64,000 nt of DNA from Pseudomonadota bacterium (GTDB taxonomy: Bacteria > Pseudomonadota > Gammaproteobacteria > Burkholderiales > JAJZQI01), in NCBI GenBank assembly GCA_021851875.1, contig JAJZQI010000005.1, positions 399 to 64,398 of the forward strand, read 5' to 3'. Numbering within the stretch: position 1 is the first letter of the stretch; every line of letters begins with the position of its first letter. Made by a program: the position numbers and the translations under genes. This document shows, one piece after another, positions 1 through 8,956 of this stretch. The notes beneath the pieces are model-generated. The model ran no database searches and had not been told where the DNA came from. It saw only the letters and a program-made list of their open reading frames with translations.

Positions 1-308
1 AAAGCGCACCGTGTCTGCCTTGAACAGGCGCGGTGACTTGAGCGTCCGAGCCACCGGTGCCCCGACCGGATGAACCTTGTAACCGAGCGCTGCGATGCTC
101 TGGCCCACTTCCTCGGCGCTCACGCGACGGGGATCGAAGTCCACCTGCACCTTCTCGGCTGCCGTCAGGATGCGGTATTGCCGTACGCCGGGCCGGTGGG
201 CCAGCGCCTTTTCCACCGCGACAGCGCACTCGGTGCAGCACAGGCCATCCACCTGCACCTCGACTGTGGTCTTCTCCTGCTCCCTATGCGCGGCTTCCTG
301 CGACATGA
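1..308 (-). CDS. Heavy-metal translocating P-type ATPase, N-terminal HMA domain only (gene continues beyond window start)
   Basis: Reverse translation from ATG at 306-308 gives MSQEAAHREQEKTTVEVQVDGLCCTECAVAVEKALAHRPGVRQYRILTAAEKVQVDFDP..., a ferredoxin-like metal-binding domain with a CxxC pair. Its start lies 4 nt after the stop of the ArsR-family gene. Confidence 0.6.
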
Positions 309-311
309 TGG

Positions 312-713
312 TCAGCCCAGACGCTCTTCCAGCAAGCGCATCTCGCCCTTGAGCGCAGTCAGCAGGCCCTCGGCTCGCAGCCGGTAATAGACCATCTTGC
401 CGTCGTTGCGCATGGCGAGCCATCCCTGGTCGCGCAGCAGTTTCAACTGATGCGAGGTCGCCGCCACGGTGAGCCCGAGCACGTGGGCCACGTCGCATAC
501 GCACAGTTCGCCTTGGGCGAGCGCCAGCAGGATTTTCAGCCGGGTGACGTTGCCGAGCACTTTGTACAGCTCGGCGAGTTGGGGCAGCAGGTGCTCTTCC
601 TTGGCCAGTTCGGACTTGATGCGGGCAACCTTCTCCTGCTCGAAGCAGGTGACATTGCATACCGGGCTGGTAATGACTTTGACGGTCGAGTCCATCGTGG
701 AAGCCTCTTTCAT
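312..713 (-). CDS. ArsR/SmtB-family metalloregulator, CadC-like
   Basis: 133 aa with the ELCVCDV metal-site motif in a winged-HTH context (LKILLALAQGELCVCDVAHVLGLTVAATSHQLKLL). Extra N-terminal cysteines (SPVCNVTC). Directly precedes the ATPase. Confidence 0.8.
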   Translation of the reverse strand: MKEASTMDSTVKVITSPVCNVTCFEQEKVARIKSELAKEEHLLPQLAELYKVLGNVTRLKILLALAQGELCVCDVAHVLGLTVAATSHQLKLLRDQGWLAMRNDGKMVYYRLRAEGLLTALKGEMRLLEERLG

Positions 714-720
714 TTAGACG

Positions 721-752
721 ATTGCGCAAACGATAAAATATTATTCGCAATT
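721..752. promoter_or_regulatory. Candidate operator/promoter region of the ArsR-ATPase operon
   Basis: AT-rich patch just upstream of the arsR-like start. It has ATTGCG...CGCAAT arms and internal palindromes TTGCGCAA and AATATT. Weak evidence from eye inspection only. Confidence 0.25.
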
Positions 753-1201
753 GGGTCAACCTCGGTCAGTCGGGTGCGCCATGCTCTGCCACCACGTACA
801 GGGGACCTGAAACCACGCACCCCTTCCAAAAGCAGTCGATCTGGTATGGTCATCCACGACTGCTAGCAGTTTGTTCCGACGGTTTGCAACTCGGCGCGCA
901 GGCCGAGGAAGCCTCCAACAAAACCCACCAGCAGCAACAGGCCGGAGCAGAGGAGGTGACGACCTTGGCGGCGCGCCAGGGGCTCTGCATGACCACATTC
1001 CTGAACGTCAAACTCGCTCGATGGCGAGATTGTCCGGTCAGGGTATCGCCGTGGCCATGGGGAAGTTTCGGGGCGGTTCGTGTCCTTGCGGAGATACGCG
1101 TGAATTGCGCAATCCTTCAGCTAAGGCACTTCATTCTTTACAAATAGGAATGATTCGCGTTACGATTCAGGTATGCATGATAGCTGTCCTGACCTCATGG
1201 C

Positions 1202-1354
1202 ATGCCCCCCGCCCATGCCGAAGCGGACGAGGCGCTCAACGTGCTCTCTTCGGAGATGTTGTTCCGGGGAACCCGCGCGCTGGTGATTGAGCATGATGGC
1301 GACCGCTACGTGCTGCGTATCACGCGTAACGGCAAGTTGATTCTGACGAAATAA
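1202..1354 (+). CDS. hemP: HemP-like hemin-uptake small protein
   Basis: 50-aa ORF below the ORF-track cutoff: MPPAHAEADEALNVLSSEMLFRGTRALVIEHDGDRYVLRITRNGKLILTK. The C-terminal I-EH-G--Y-LRITR-GKLILTK pattern is typical of HemP. Confidence 0.55.
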   Translation: MPPAHAEADEALNVLSSEMLFRGTRALVIEHDGDRYVLRITRNGKLILTK

Positions 1355-1435
1355 CCTGATTTTCAGCCAGCCAACGGGCTTTTCCGCCCCTGTAGCCAGC
1401 CAATGTTTACTGAACCTTAAAGGAAGGAGAAACCC

Positions 1436-1981
1436 ATGCATTTTCGCAAGCTCGTCACTACCGCTACCTTTGCCGCATTGACGGCAGCACTTGCCACGCC
1501 CGCCCTGGCCGTGGAGTACCCGATCGGCACGCCCCAGCAGCGCTACGGCATGGAGGTCGGCGCCGTCTATCTCCAGCCAGTGGAAATGGAACCGGAAGGC
1601 ATGATGCGCCCAGCCAAGGATTCCGATGTGCACCTGGAAGCCGACATTCACGCGCTCGCCAACAACCCCAACGGCTTCGACGAGGGCGCCTGGATGCCCT
1701 ATCTGACGGTCAAGTACGAAGTCACCAAGATCGGCGGCAACGAGAAGATCAGCGGCGACTTCATGGCCATGGTGGCCAACGACGGCCCCCATTACGGCGA
1801 CAACGTCAAGCTTATGGGACCGGGCAAATACCATGTGAAATACACCATCTATCCGCCTTCCGCCGCCACCCATTTCGGCCGCCATACCGATCGCCTGACG
1901 GGCGTGCGGCCCTGGTTCAAGCCTTTCGAGGTGGAATACGACTTCACTTATGTCGGCATCGGCAAGAAGGGGGGCTATTGA
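1436..1981 (+). CDS. ftrA: Periplasmic iron-transport protein, P19/FtrA family
   Basis: 181 aa with a signal peptide (ALATPALA). HLEADIHA and DGPHYG motifs are typical of P19/Tp34/FtrA. Strong SD AAGGAAGGAG upstream. Confidence 0.8.
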   Translation: MHFRKLVTTATFAALTAALATPALAVEYPIGTPQQRYGMEVGAVYLQPVEMEPEGMMRPAKDSDVHLEADIHALANNPNGFDEGAWMPYLTVKYEVTKIGGNEKISGDFMAMVANDGPHYGDNVKLMGPGKYHVKYTIYPPSAATHFGRHTDRLTGVRPWFKPFEVEYDFTYVGIGKKGGY

Positions 1982-1982
1982 A

Positions 1983-3443
1983 ATGGCGAAGCGCAACCTG
2001 ACACGCATCGGCGTGCTGGCGGCTTCGTTCATGGCCGTGCCCGCGTTCGCTGGCGACGATGCCGCTCTGCTGCAACGCGTTATGGACCGGCTGGAGAAAA
2101 TCGAGAAACGCAACGCCGACCTGGAGAAGGAAATCAAATCCTTGAAGGATCGCAATGCCGAACTCGACGACGCCCTGTCCAAGGAGGATGTGAGTGAAAA
2201 AGAACCGGAACTGGCCACGCGCCTGAAGGCGGTGGAATACCAAGCGCTCGACATCCAGAAGCAGGCCAAGGTGCTCGATTCCATCGAGGGATTTTCCGCG
2301 GGGGCGAATTTCACTTCTGTGGCCCAACGCGCAAGCGGCATCGACGGTGCCGGCACCCAGCTCAACTACCGCGCGGACATCACCGTCACCACGCCGACCA
2401 TCAAAACCGGCGACATCGAAAGCAAGGTATTCGGCCATTTCCGCGTGGGTCAGGGCAAGGGGCTGAGCGACAAGTTCACTTCTTTTACCGGCCCCAATGC
2501 CACCTCGTTCCAGCTCGGTTCGGTGGTGGAGCCAGAATCCAGCGCCATGATGCTGGCGCAGGCTTGGTACCAGGCGGACATCCCGTTGCCCTTCGGCGGA
2601 TTCAAGCCACGCTCGCGCGAAACCCTCACCGTCAATTTTGGCAAGATGGATCCCTTCGCCTTCTTCGACCAGAACGCTGCCGCCAATGACGAGACGCGCC
2701 AATTCCTGGCGAGTCCCTTCGTGCACAACGCCCTACTGGACAATCCGCTGGCGGCCAACATCGGTGCCGACGGGTTCGGTTTCTCGCCCGGGGTGCGCGT
2801 ATCCTACTTCAACCAACGTGCCAAGCCGGAGACCTACCGCCTTTCCCTCGGCGTATTCGGGGCGGGACGGAGCGCCAACTTCAGCGAGGGGTTCAAGTCG
2901 CCCTTCGTGATTCTGCAGGCGGAAACCAGCCAGCGCTTTTTCGCTGGCTTGCAAGGCAACTACCGGGCCTATGTCTGGCGCAACGGACAGGCGCCCACCT
3001 TCGTACAGGGTCAAACGGCGTCCCACAGCGGCGTCGGAATCAGTTTCGACCAGCGGTTCGGCGATGGCATCACCGCGTTCGGCCGCCTGGGTGTCGGCCG
3101 CGGCGAACGCCTGCCTTTCGATCGCACCGCGAGCCTGGGCGCCGAGTTCAACGGCAGCTATTGGGATCGCGGCGCCGACGCCATCGGGCTTGCGATCGGC
3201 GCCAATCGCACCAGCGCCGGTTTCCGTGCCCAATCCCTCACGTTGGATGCAAACAGTGACGGCCAGCCCGACTACGGCTTCGCCGCCACTGGATGGGAGC
3301 AGGTCGCCGAGGCCTACTACCGCTATCGCGTGCATGAGCGCTTTGAGTTGACGCCAGACTTCCAATACATCCGCAACCCGGCCGGCAACCAGGCCATGGG
3401 CGCAGTGAAGATTCTGGGCGTGCGAGCCAATCTGACATTCTGA
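1983..3443 (+). CDS. Outer-membrane porin, OprB-like, with N-terminal coiled coil
   Basis: The start is taken at the in-frame ATG MAKRNLTRIGVLAASFMAVPAFA (signal peptide). A coiled-coil segment follows (LEKIEKRNADLEKEIKSLKDRNAELDD). The rest is a beta-rich body ending in the OMP signature ...GVRANLTF. Confidence 0.6.
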   Translation: MAKRNLTRIGVLAASFMAVPAFAGDDAALLQRVMDRLEKIEKRNADLEKEIKSLKDRNAELDDALSKEDVSEKEPELATRLKAVEYQALDIQKQAKVLDSIEGFSAGANFTSVAQRASGIDGAGTQLNYRADITVTTPTIKTGDIESKVFGHFRVGQGKGLSDKFTSFTGPNATSFQLGSVVEPESSAMMLAQAWYQADIPLPFGGFKPRSRETLTVNFGKMDPFAFFDQNAAANDETRQFLASPFVHNALLDNPLAANIGADGFGFSPGVRVSYFNQRAKPETYRLSLGVFGAGRSANFSEGFKSPFVILQAETSQRFFAGLQGNYRAYVWRNGQAPTFVQGQTASHSGVGISFDQRFGDGITAFGRLGVGRGERLPFDRTASLGAEFNGSYWDRGADAIGLAIGANRTSAGFRAQSLTLDANSDGQPDYGFAATGWEQVAEAYYRYRVHERFELTPDFQYIRNPAGNQAMGAVKILGVRANLTF

Positions 3444-3456
3444 GAGGGAGAGCAAC

Positions 3457-3822
3457 GTGCATAGGAAGCCAATTCTTTTGAGCGCGATCGGCAGTCTCGT
3501 TACCCCGCTCGCGGCGGCGTTTTTTCTGTCCGCGCCCACGCAAGCGGGTGCCGCAGACCTGCTCACCTACACCGTGGTGGCCAAGGAAGGTCGACTCCTT
3601 CCCGACACGTTGAACGTGCCTGCCGGGGCGCGTTTCAAGATCGTGGTGCGTAACGCTGGTCATGACGCGATCGAGTTCGAAAGCCTGCAACTGCGCAAGG
3701 AGAAAGTGCTCGCGCCGGGCGCGGAATCATTCGTGGTGATCGCACCGCTCAAACCCGGTGAGTACGATTTTTTTGACGAATTCCATCCTGCCACCGGGCG
3801 GGGCCGCATCGTCGTGAAATGA
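3457..3822 (+). CDS. ftrB: Periplasmic cupredoxin-like protein (FtrB-like)
   Basis: 121 aa with a GTG start and a signal peptide. Small beta-sandwich-like sequence (FKIVVRNAGHDAIEFES...GEYDFFDEFHP). Sits between P19 and the FTR1 permease, as in ftrABCD. Confidence 0.6.
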   Translation: MHRKPILLSAIGSLVTPLAAAFFLSAPTQAGAADLLTYTVVAKEGRLLPDTLNVPAGARFKIVVRNAGHDAIEFESLQLRKEKVLAPGAESFVVIAPLKPGEYDFFDEFHPATGRGRIVVK

Positions 3823-3833
3823 AGGAGTGACAC

Positions 3834-4649
3834 ATGGGCAACGCGCTTTTCATCGTCTGGCGGGAAACCATTGAAGCGATGCTGGTCATCGGCATCCTGC
3901 ACGGCTGGCTCCGCGCCCGCCCCGAGGCCCGCAGCGGATTCCCTTGGCTGTGGGGCGGCATCGCGGCGGGACTGGGGCTTGCCGTGTTCCTGGCCATGAC
4001 CATCATGGACATCCAGTCGTGGGCTTCAGGCGCCGCGCTGGAATGGTTCCAGGCCCTTATGCCGCTCGTCGCCTGCGGCCTGATTTTCCAGATGGTCTGG
4101 TGGATGCGCCGCCACGGTGCCGGCCTGAAAATGGAGTTGGAGGCCGGGATGGCGAGCGCCGCCGATCGGGCCAACTGGGTGGGCATCGCGATATTGGCCG
4201 CGGTGGCAGTGGGGCGCGAAGGCGCAGAGGCGGTCGTGTTCCTCTATGGTGCGATGAAGGGCGGCACGAATGCCGACCTTGCGCTCGGAGGTGTGGCGGG
4301 TTTCCTGCTCGCCCTGGCTGCCTACTGGCTGCTTTCGCGCGGCAGCCGGTTCATTTCCTGGCGAGCCTTTTTCCGCGTGACGGAAGTGTTGCTTCTGCTG
4401 CTGGGCGGGGCGCTCTTAGTGGACGGAACGGAAAAACTCGTCGGTCTGGAAGCGCTGCCACCGCTGGCCGACCCGCTGTGGAACACGGCATCTCTACTGG
4501 ACGACAGCACGCGGGCGGGCGGGTTGGTGGCGGCCTTCACCGGCTACCGGGCCGCGCCCTCGGGCATGGCCTACGCGCTGCTCACCGTATACTGGTCGCT
4601 TGCGCTTGGGGTGCTGCTCAAACTCAAACCAATGAGGCGCAAGGCATGA
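3834..4649 (+). CDS. ftrC: FTR1-family high-affinity iron permease (FtrC)
   Basis: 271 aa and polytopic. Two RExxE-type motifs (WRETIEAM, GREGAEAVVF) are typical of FTR1/EfeU permeases. SD AAGGAG upstream. Confidence 0.85.
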   Translation: MGNALFIVWRETIEAMLVIGILHGWLRARPEARSGFPWLWGGIAAGLGLAVFLAMTIMDIQSWASGAALEWFQALMPLVACGLIFQMVWWMRRHGAGLKMELEAGMASAADRANWVGIAILAAVAVGREGAEAVVFLYGAMKGGTNADLALGGVAGFLLALAAYWLLSRGSRFISWRAFFRVTEVLLLLLGGALLVDGTEKLVGLEALPPLADPLWNTASLLDDSTRAGGLVAAFTGYRAAPSGMAYALLTVYWSLALGVLLKLKPMRRKA

Positions 4650-6031
4650 ACGCCGTGGCAGAGCCAATCATCGCCACCGGCTCCGGCCGGCTCTCCCGCC
4701 TTGGGCTTGCCATGCGACGCCGCCGTGGCGCGATCATTACCGCGCAATGGTTCGTGGTACTGGGCTATCTCGTGCTGGTGGCCCTGCCGGCTTTTCTGCC
4801 GCTGCCGCCGGACCAAGCGCATATCTGGAACAACCTCACCCGCTTCGCCCAGTTCATGTTCTGGGGCATCTGGTGGCCCTTCGTCATTCTGTCCATCATG
4901 GCGCTCGGGCGGGTGTGGTGCGGCGTGCTGTGCCCGGAGGGTGCGCTCACCGAGTGGGCCTCTCGATATGGCTTGGCGCGCGGTATCCCGCGCTGGATGA
5001 AGTGGGGCGGGTGGCCGTTCGTGGCCTTTGTCCTGACCACCGTATTCGGGCAGATGACCAGCGTTTATGAATATCCAAAGCCCGCGCTGCTCATCCTGGG
5101 CGGCTCGACCATCGGGGCCATCGCCGTGGGGCTGATCTGGGGCCGGGAGAAACGGGTGTGGTGTCGGCACCTTTGCCCCGTATCCGGCGTGTTTGGCCTG
5201 CTGGCAAAGGTTGCCCCCATCCACTTCAAAGTCGATCAGCCCGCCTGGGACGCGGCGCCTGCCGGCCACCGCACCAGCAGGCAACATGCCGTCAACTGTG
5301 CGCCACTGATCAACATCCGGCGCATGGAAAGCGCCTCGGCCTGCCACATGTGCGGGCGCTGCGCCGGAGAGCGGGATGCGGTACAACTCGCGCCGCGCTC
5401 GCCCAACGCGGAAATCGTCGGCAGGATCCCTGCAGACAAGAGCGGGGATCGCTGGCCCGCCCGGCTGCTGGTCTTCGGCATGCTCGGCGTGGCGCTCGGG
5501 GCCTTCCAGTGGAGCGCTTCCCCCTGGTTCGTGGCGGCGAAGCAGGTCGCGGCGGGGTGGCTGGTGGATCATGAGGTGTGGTGGCCGCTCAACGAAACAG
5601 GACTCTGGTGGCTGCTCACCTATTATCCGGAGTCGAACGACATTTTCACCTGGCTGGATGGTGGCCTGTTGCTCGCCTACATTGGTGCCGAGGCGCTGGT
5701 CGTCGGCGGCTGGATATGGCTGTGGCTTAAGCTTTCCGGCGCGCTGTCGGAATTACCTTGGCAGCGGCTTGCGCTCACGCTCATCCCCTTCGCCGGCACC
5801 AGTGTCTTCGTGGGCCTGAGCCTGCTGACTACCTCCCAGTTGGCCGGGGAGGGGATGGTGCTGCCCTGGGCCCACGACCTACGCCTGGCATTGCTGGCAC
5901 TCGCCGCGCTGTGGAGCGCCAGTCTCGCGTGGCGTGTGGCGAAGCGTAATTCCGTCGCGGTCGCGATGGGAACCGCGACGGCCATGGCGCTGCCGCTGGC
6001 GGCTTGGGGCACGCAGTTCTTTGTGTGGTAA
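4646..6031 (+). CDS. ftrD: Membrane-bound 4Fe-4S polyferredoxin-like protein (FtrD-like)
   Basis: The in-frame ATG at 4646 overlaps the ftrC stop (ATGA). Cys clusters CGVLCPEG, WCRHLCPVSG and CHMCGRCAGE, plus multiple TM segments. The longer 3944 start in the ORF track overlaps ftrC and is rejected. Confidence 0.7.
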   Translation: MNAVAEPIIATGSGRLSRLGLAMRRRRGAIITAQWFVVLGYLVLVALPAFLPLPPDQAHIWNNLTRFAQFMFWGIWWPFVILSIMALGRVWCGVLCPEGALTEWASRYGLARGIPRWMKWGGWPFVAFVLTTVFGQMTSVYEYPKPALLILGGSTIGAIAVGLIWGREKRVWCRHLCPVSGVFGLLAKVAPIHFKVDQPAWDAAPAGHRTSRQHAVNCAPLINIRRMESASACHMCGRCAGERDAVQLAPRSPNAEIVGRIPADKSGDRWPARLLVFGMLGVALGAFQWSASPWFVAAKQVAAGWLVDHEVWWPLNETGLWWLLTYYPESNDIFTWLDGGLLLAYIGAEALVVGGWIWLWLKLSGALSELPWQRLALTLIPFAGTSVFVGLSLLTTSQLAGEGMVLPWAHDLRLALLALAALWSASLAWRVAKRNSVAVAMGTATAMALPLAAWGTQFFVW

Positions 6032-6040
6032 ACGCTGTGA

Positions 6041-6418
6041 TGCGCCTCAATACACGGCCAGGCGCTGCTCATGCCCGAGATCGAGGTCGAAGGCTGGCTG
6101 ACCAGCCTGGACTTGCCCGCGGAAGAAATCGTCAAGCCCTACCAGGGGCACGGCACCCAAGAGCAGTTCCATTCCGAGTTCAAGTCCGACTTGGACATCC
6201 CGCGCGCCATCGGCCAGGCGACCCTGATCCACCCGGACAGTCCGGTACGTCACCCCGCCAAGCGCCGCCGCATTCGCACGGTGATGTAGGAGATCATCGG
6301 CATCGCCGCGCGGGTGATCCACCATGCCCGGCGCATCGTCCTGGGGCTGGGTAGCCGCTACGCAGCGTTCTCGGTGTTCGAGCGGCATCACAAGGCACTA
6401 CTCCGGTTCTGCGGCTGA
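6041..6418 (+). pseudogene. Decayed C-terminal fragment of a DDE transposase (IS1380-family-like)
   Basis: ...PEIEVEGWLTSLDLPAEEIVKPYQGHGTQEQFHSEFKSDLD... then RRRIRTVM-stop(TAG)-EIIGIAARVIHHARRIVLGLG... The frame continues after the in-frame stop. There is no N-terminal catalytic part. Family assignment is from memory of the GT.EQFHSE.K.D motif. Confidence 0.45.
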
Positions 6419-6687
6419 GGCAGCACGCCTGACAGATTTGCCCAATGCCGCCAGGCAGGCGAGCGTTCGTCCAGCTTCCACGAAAACCCGCCCCTCTACG
6501 ATTGTTGCCGACGCAGCCCGCCGCCTATCCGTTCGCATGGGCGGCCTTAGGCGCAATATCGGGCTCCATCCCGTGCCAAATGTCTCGTCAAATTCATGGT
6601 CGCGTCCATTTTGATTGCAATGCACATAGAGGTCACGGATTCAGGTATACCTATATGTCGGTTGCACCCAGATTACGAACGAGTGAC

Positions 6688-8637
6688 TTACTCCATTGAT
6701 TTCCCACGCTGCCGTTCAAGCTCCCATGACACGTTGCTTCCTCGAATGACAGCCGTCATCGTTTTCCCCAACCGCTGCTCGATCACCGGCTTCCACGGTA
6801 CCAGGCTGAAACCCATGCCGTCATCGAGCATCGCGAACCGGCCGCTGGCGAGCTGGACACTGCGACGGTAGGTGCCGGTCACTCGCTCACCGTCGATGAC
6901 GGGGCGGTGCGCCAAGCCGGTTTCAGCCGCAATGGTTTTGGCCGCGGCTTCGATTTCGCGACCGCGCAATGTTGCCAAAAGATTGCGCGCCAGGATCACG
7001 TGCTGGCCGCGCCGTTCGGCCAGCCCCTGTTCAACCAGGAAATCCGACCGCTGTCGCAGCGCTTCGCGCAGGTCGCCGCCGAAACCGCTGTCGGCGATAC
7101 CGCCGGCACCGCCGATCAACTGCTGATCCAGCCAGGTCGCGCCGATCACGCGGACTTGCCGCTCAATGGGCAGGTGCGAACGCAGTTCCACCGACACGTT
7201 GCCCAGCCGCTGCGCATCGTATTGCCGACCTCGCTCGGGCAGGTCCGTCGGCACCCGCCAGACCCCTTCGGCCACGCGCTCAACAATGCCCGCCCGGCGC
7301 AGTGCTTCCAGTCGGCGCACATGGGCATCAACCGCCTCCTTGGGGTCGTGCCTAGGCGTGGCCTGGGCCGTGGCCATCGTAAGGTGATGGTCGGTGCGGT
7401 ACAGTCCATCGACCGCGAGCGCGGTGATGGTCTTGTCGGCTATGCGGAACTCAGCTGAACCGCGTGCTTCGACCACCGCCCCCACCAGATACTGCTCAAG
7501 CCCCACCTTGGCATTCAGAGCAACGTAGTGCGCCTTGCCATTAATGCCATCGACCACAAGATAGCCCCGGTCATACAGCTCGTCGGCCATGCCTTTGGCG
7601 GCTACCCGACCGACCACGGGGCGTGCGTTCTCGCCCGGCTCGAACACAGCCAAGTCGCGTGGCACACCGCTCATAGCCCGCTGCATGGTGCGCACGATGT
7701 CGCCGCGCTCGGCCATCGTCCGCAGAACCTGTTCTGCATCGGCCTGGACGGCCCACACGCCGGGCGATGACTCGTGCGCCAGCCCCATGCGCTGCAAGCG
7801 TTGCAGACGCCCGATCAGCAACACGCGCTGCTGTCTGCGCCGTGGGTCATCGGCGGGCTGGTTGATATGGATTAAGCCGCCCTGAGCTTCGCGTTGCAGC
7901 GTGCGGTCCAGGCTGGTCCAGCGTTCCTGATCGACCTCCCGCCGCAGGCTCTGCTGGATTTCCAGTTCGGTGCGCAGCCCCAGCCATTCGGTAGCCAGTT
8001 CCGAGGCACGCTCGCGCATCCCTTGTGCTATATAGTCGCGGGAAATTATCAAGTCCTTGCCTGTGTCATCCTTGCCGCGGAGCACGATGTGGATGTGCGG
8101 GTTGTCTGTGTTCCAGTGGTTCACGGCCACCCAGTCCAGCCGCGTGCCCAAGTCCGCTTCCATGCGGCTCATCAGGGTACGGGTATAGCGGCGCAGATCG
8201 TCGAGCTGCTCGGCATCCTCGGGCGAGACGATGAAACGGAACTGGTGGCGGTCCTCCCGACCGCCTTCCTCGAAGGCGCCTAGGTCAGCGTTGTCCGTCG
8301 TCGGCCCATAGGGTTGGCCCGGTTCGCCATCGCGGCCAACACCTTCGCGCTCGATGTAGCGCAGGTGCGTGATGGTCGAGCGCGAGCCGGCCTGCTTGAG
8401 GTTCACCAACCGTGTCTTGATGGTGACGCGTCGTGAGCCAGGCTGCGCAGAGCGGCCGGTGAAACGGGCGGCTACATGCCCGCGACCAAGGCGCGCGCCG
8501 GGCCGTGCCCCCGACTTGCGTGGTGACTTCCCACCAGCCTTGCTGACCTCCTTCAAAACCTGCGAAACGAACTTCTGCTGACGGTTTCCGGGGGCGCCTG
8601 GGCGAACGCGGAAGCGGTCATCGTCCTTCTTGCTCAT
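6688..8637 (-). CDS. Conjugative relaxase (VirD2-like relaxase/mobilisation nuclease with DUF3363-type C-terminal region)
   Basis: Start at MSKKDDDRFRVRPG. The HxH metal motif is in NTDNPHIHIVLRGKD. THLRYIEREGV and overall layout are typical of ICE/plasmid rlxS/TraI of this family. The upstream extension to 8772 in the ORF track is rejected. Confidence 0.85.
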   Translation of the reverse strand: MSKKDDDRFRVRPGAPGNRQQKFVSQVLKEVSKAGGKSPRKSGARPGARLGRGHVAARFTGRSAQPGSRRVTIKTRLVNLKQAGSRSTITHLRYIEREGVGRDGEPGQPYGPTTDNADLGAFEEGGREDRHQFRFIVSPEDAEQLDDLRRYTRTLMSRMEADLGTRLDWVAVNHWNTDNPHIHIVLRGKDDTGKDLIISRDYIAQGMRERASELATEWLGLRTELEIQQSLRREVDQERWTSLDRTLQREAQGGLIHINQPADDPRRRQQRVLLIGRLQRLQRMGLAHESSPGVWAVQADAEQVLRTMAERGDIVRTMQRAMSGVPRDLAVFEPGENARPVVGRVAAKGMADELYDRGYLVVDGINGKAHYVALNAKVGLEQYLVGAVVEARGSAEFRIADKTITALAVDGLYRTDHHLTMATAQATPRHDPKEAVDAHVRRLEALRRAGIVERVAEGVWRVPTDLPERGRQYDAQRLGNVSVELRSHLPIERQVRVIGATWLDQQLIGGAGGIADSGFGGDLREALRQRSDFLVEQGLAERRGQHVILARNLLATLRGREIEAAAKTIAAETGLAHRPVIDGERVTGTYRRSVQLASGRFAMLDDGMGFSLVPWKPVIEQRLGKTMTAVIRGSNVSWELERQRGKSME

Positions 8638-8956
8638 CGCATGAACTCCAGCGCAGCACTGCCAAGTCCAGCGGACAAAGCACGCCATTCGATCAATGCG
8701 GACGCGACCTCCGCGCCGCGCACGGCACACGGCCGCCCAAAGCGCGTGCCGCGCCAACCCACGTGCAGACAAGGTTTTACGCGCACCAGGGTGCCGCGTC
8801 CTTTTATCTTGCCCTCCGTCTTTCCCGATCGCTGACGCGACCGGCCCAGACGGTCAGGCTGCGATGGTCTGCACGGGTGAAGCACCGCAACTGCAGGCTG
8901 TGATGCAAGCGATATGCAGCGGGGCTGCACGAAGAGCGGTATGTAGCGCTGCACGT

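Noticed and set aside
1146-1164. Possible Fur box (AGGAATGATTCGCGTTACG) upstream of the hemP/ftr operon
   Set aside because: By eye, only about half of the positions match the 19-bp GATAATGATAATCATTATC consensus. That is too weak to annotate. It would need a PWM scan or a Fur titration assay.
1160-2365. 401-aa minus-strand ORF, plus similar long antisense ORFs at 1944-2726, 2733-3566 and 4571-5572
   Set aside because: They lie opposite the well-supported ftrA, porin and ftrD genes. The high-GC sequence suppresses stop codons, and the products are Arg/Ala/Gly-rich without motifs.
3944-4645. N-terminal 234-aa extension of the ftrD ORF
   Set aside because: It overlaps the FTR1 permease in another frame and is Arg/Gly-rich nonsense. 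The internal ATG at 4646 gives the typical ATGA coupling to ftrC.
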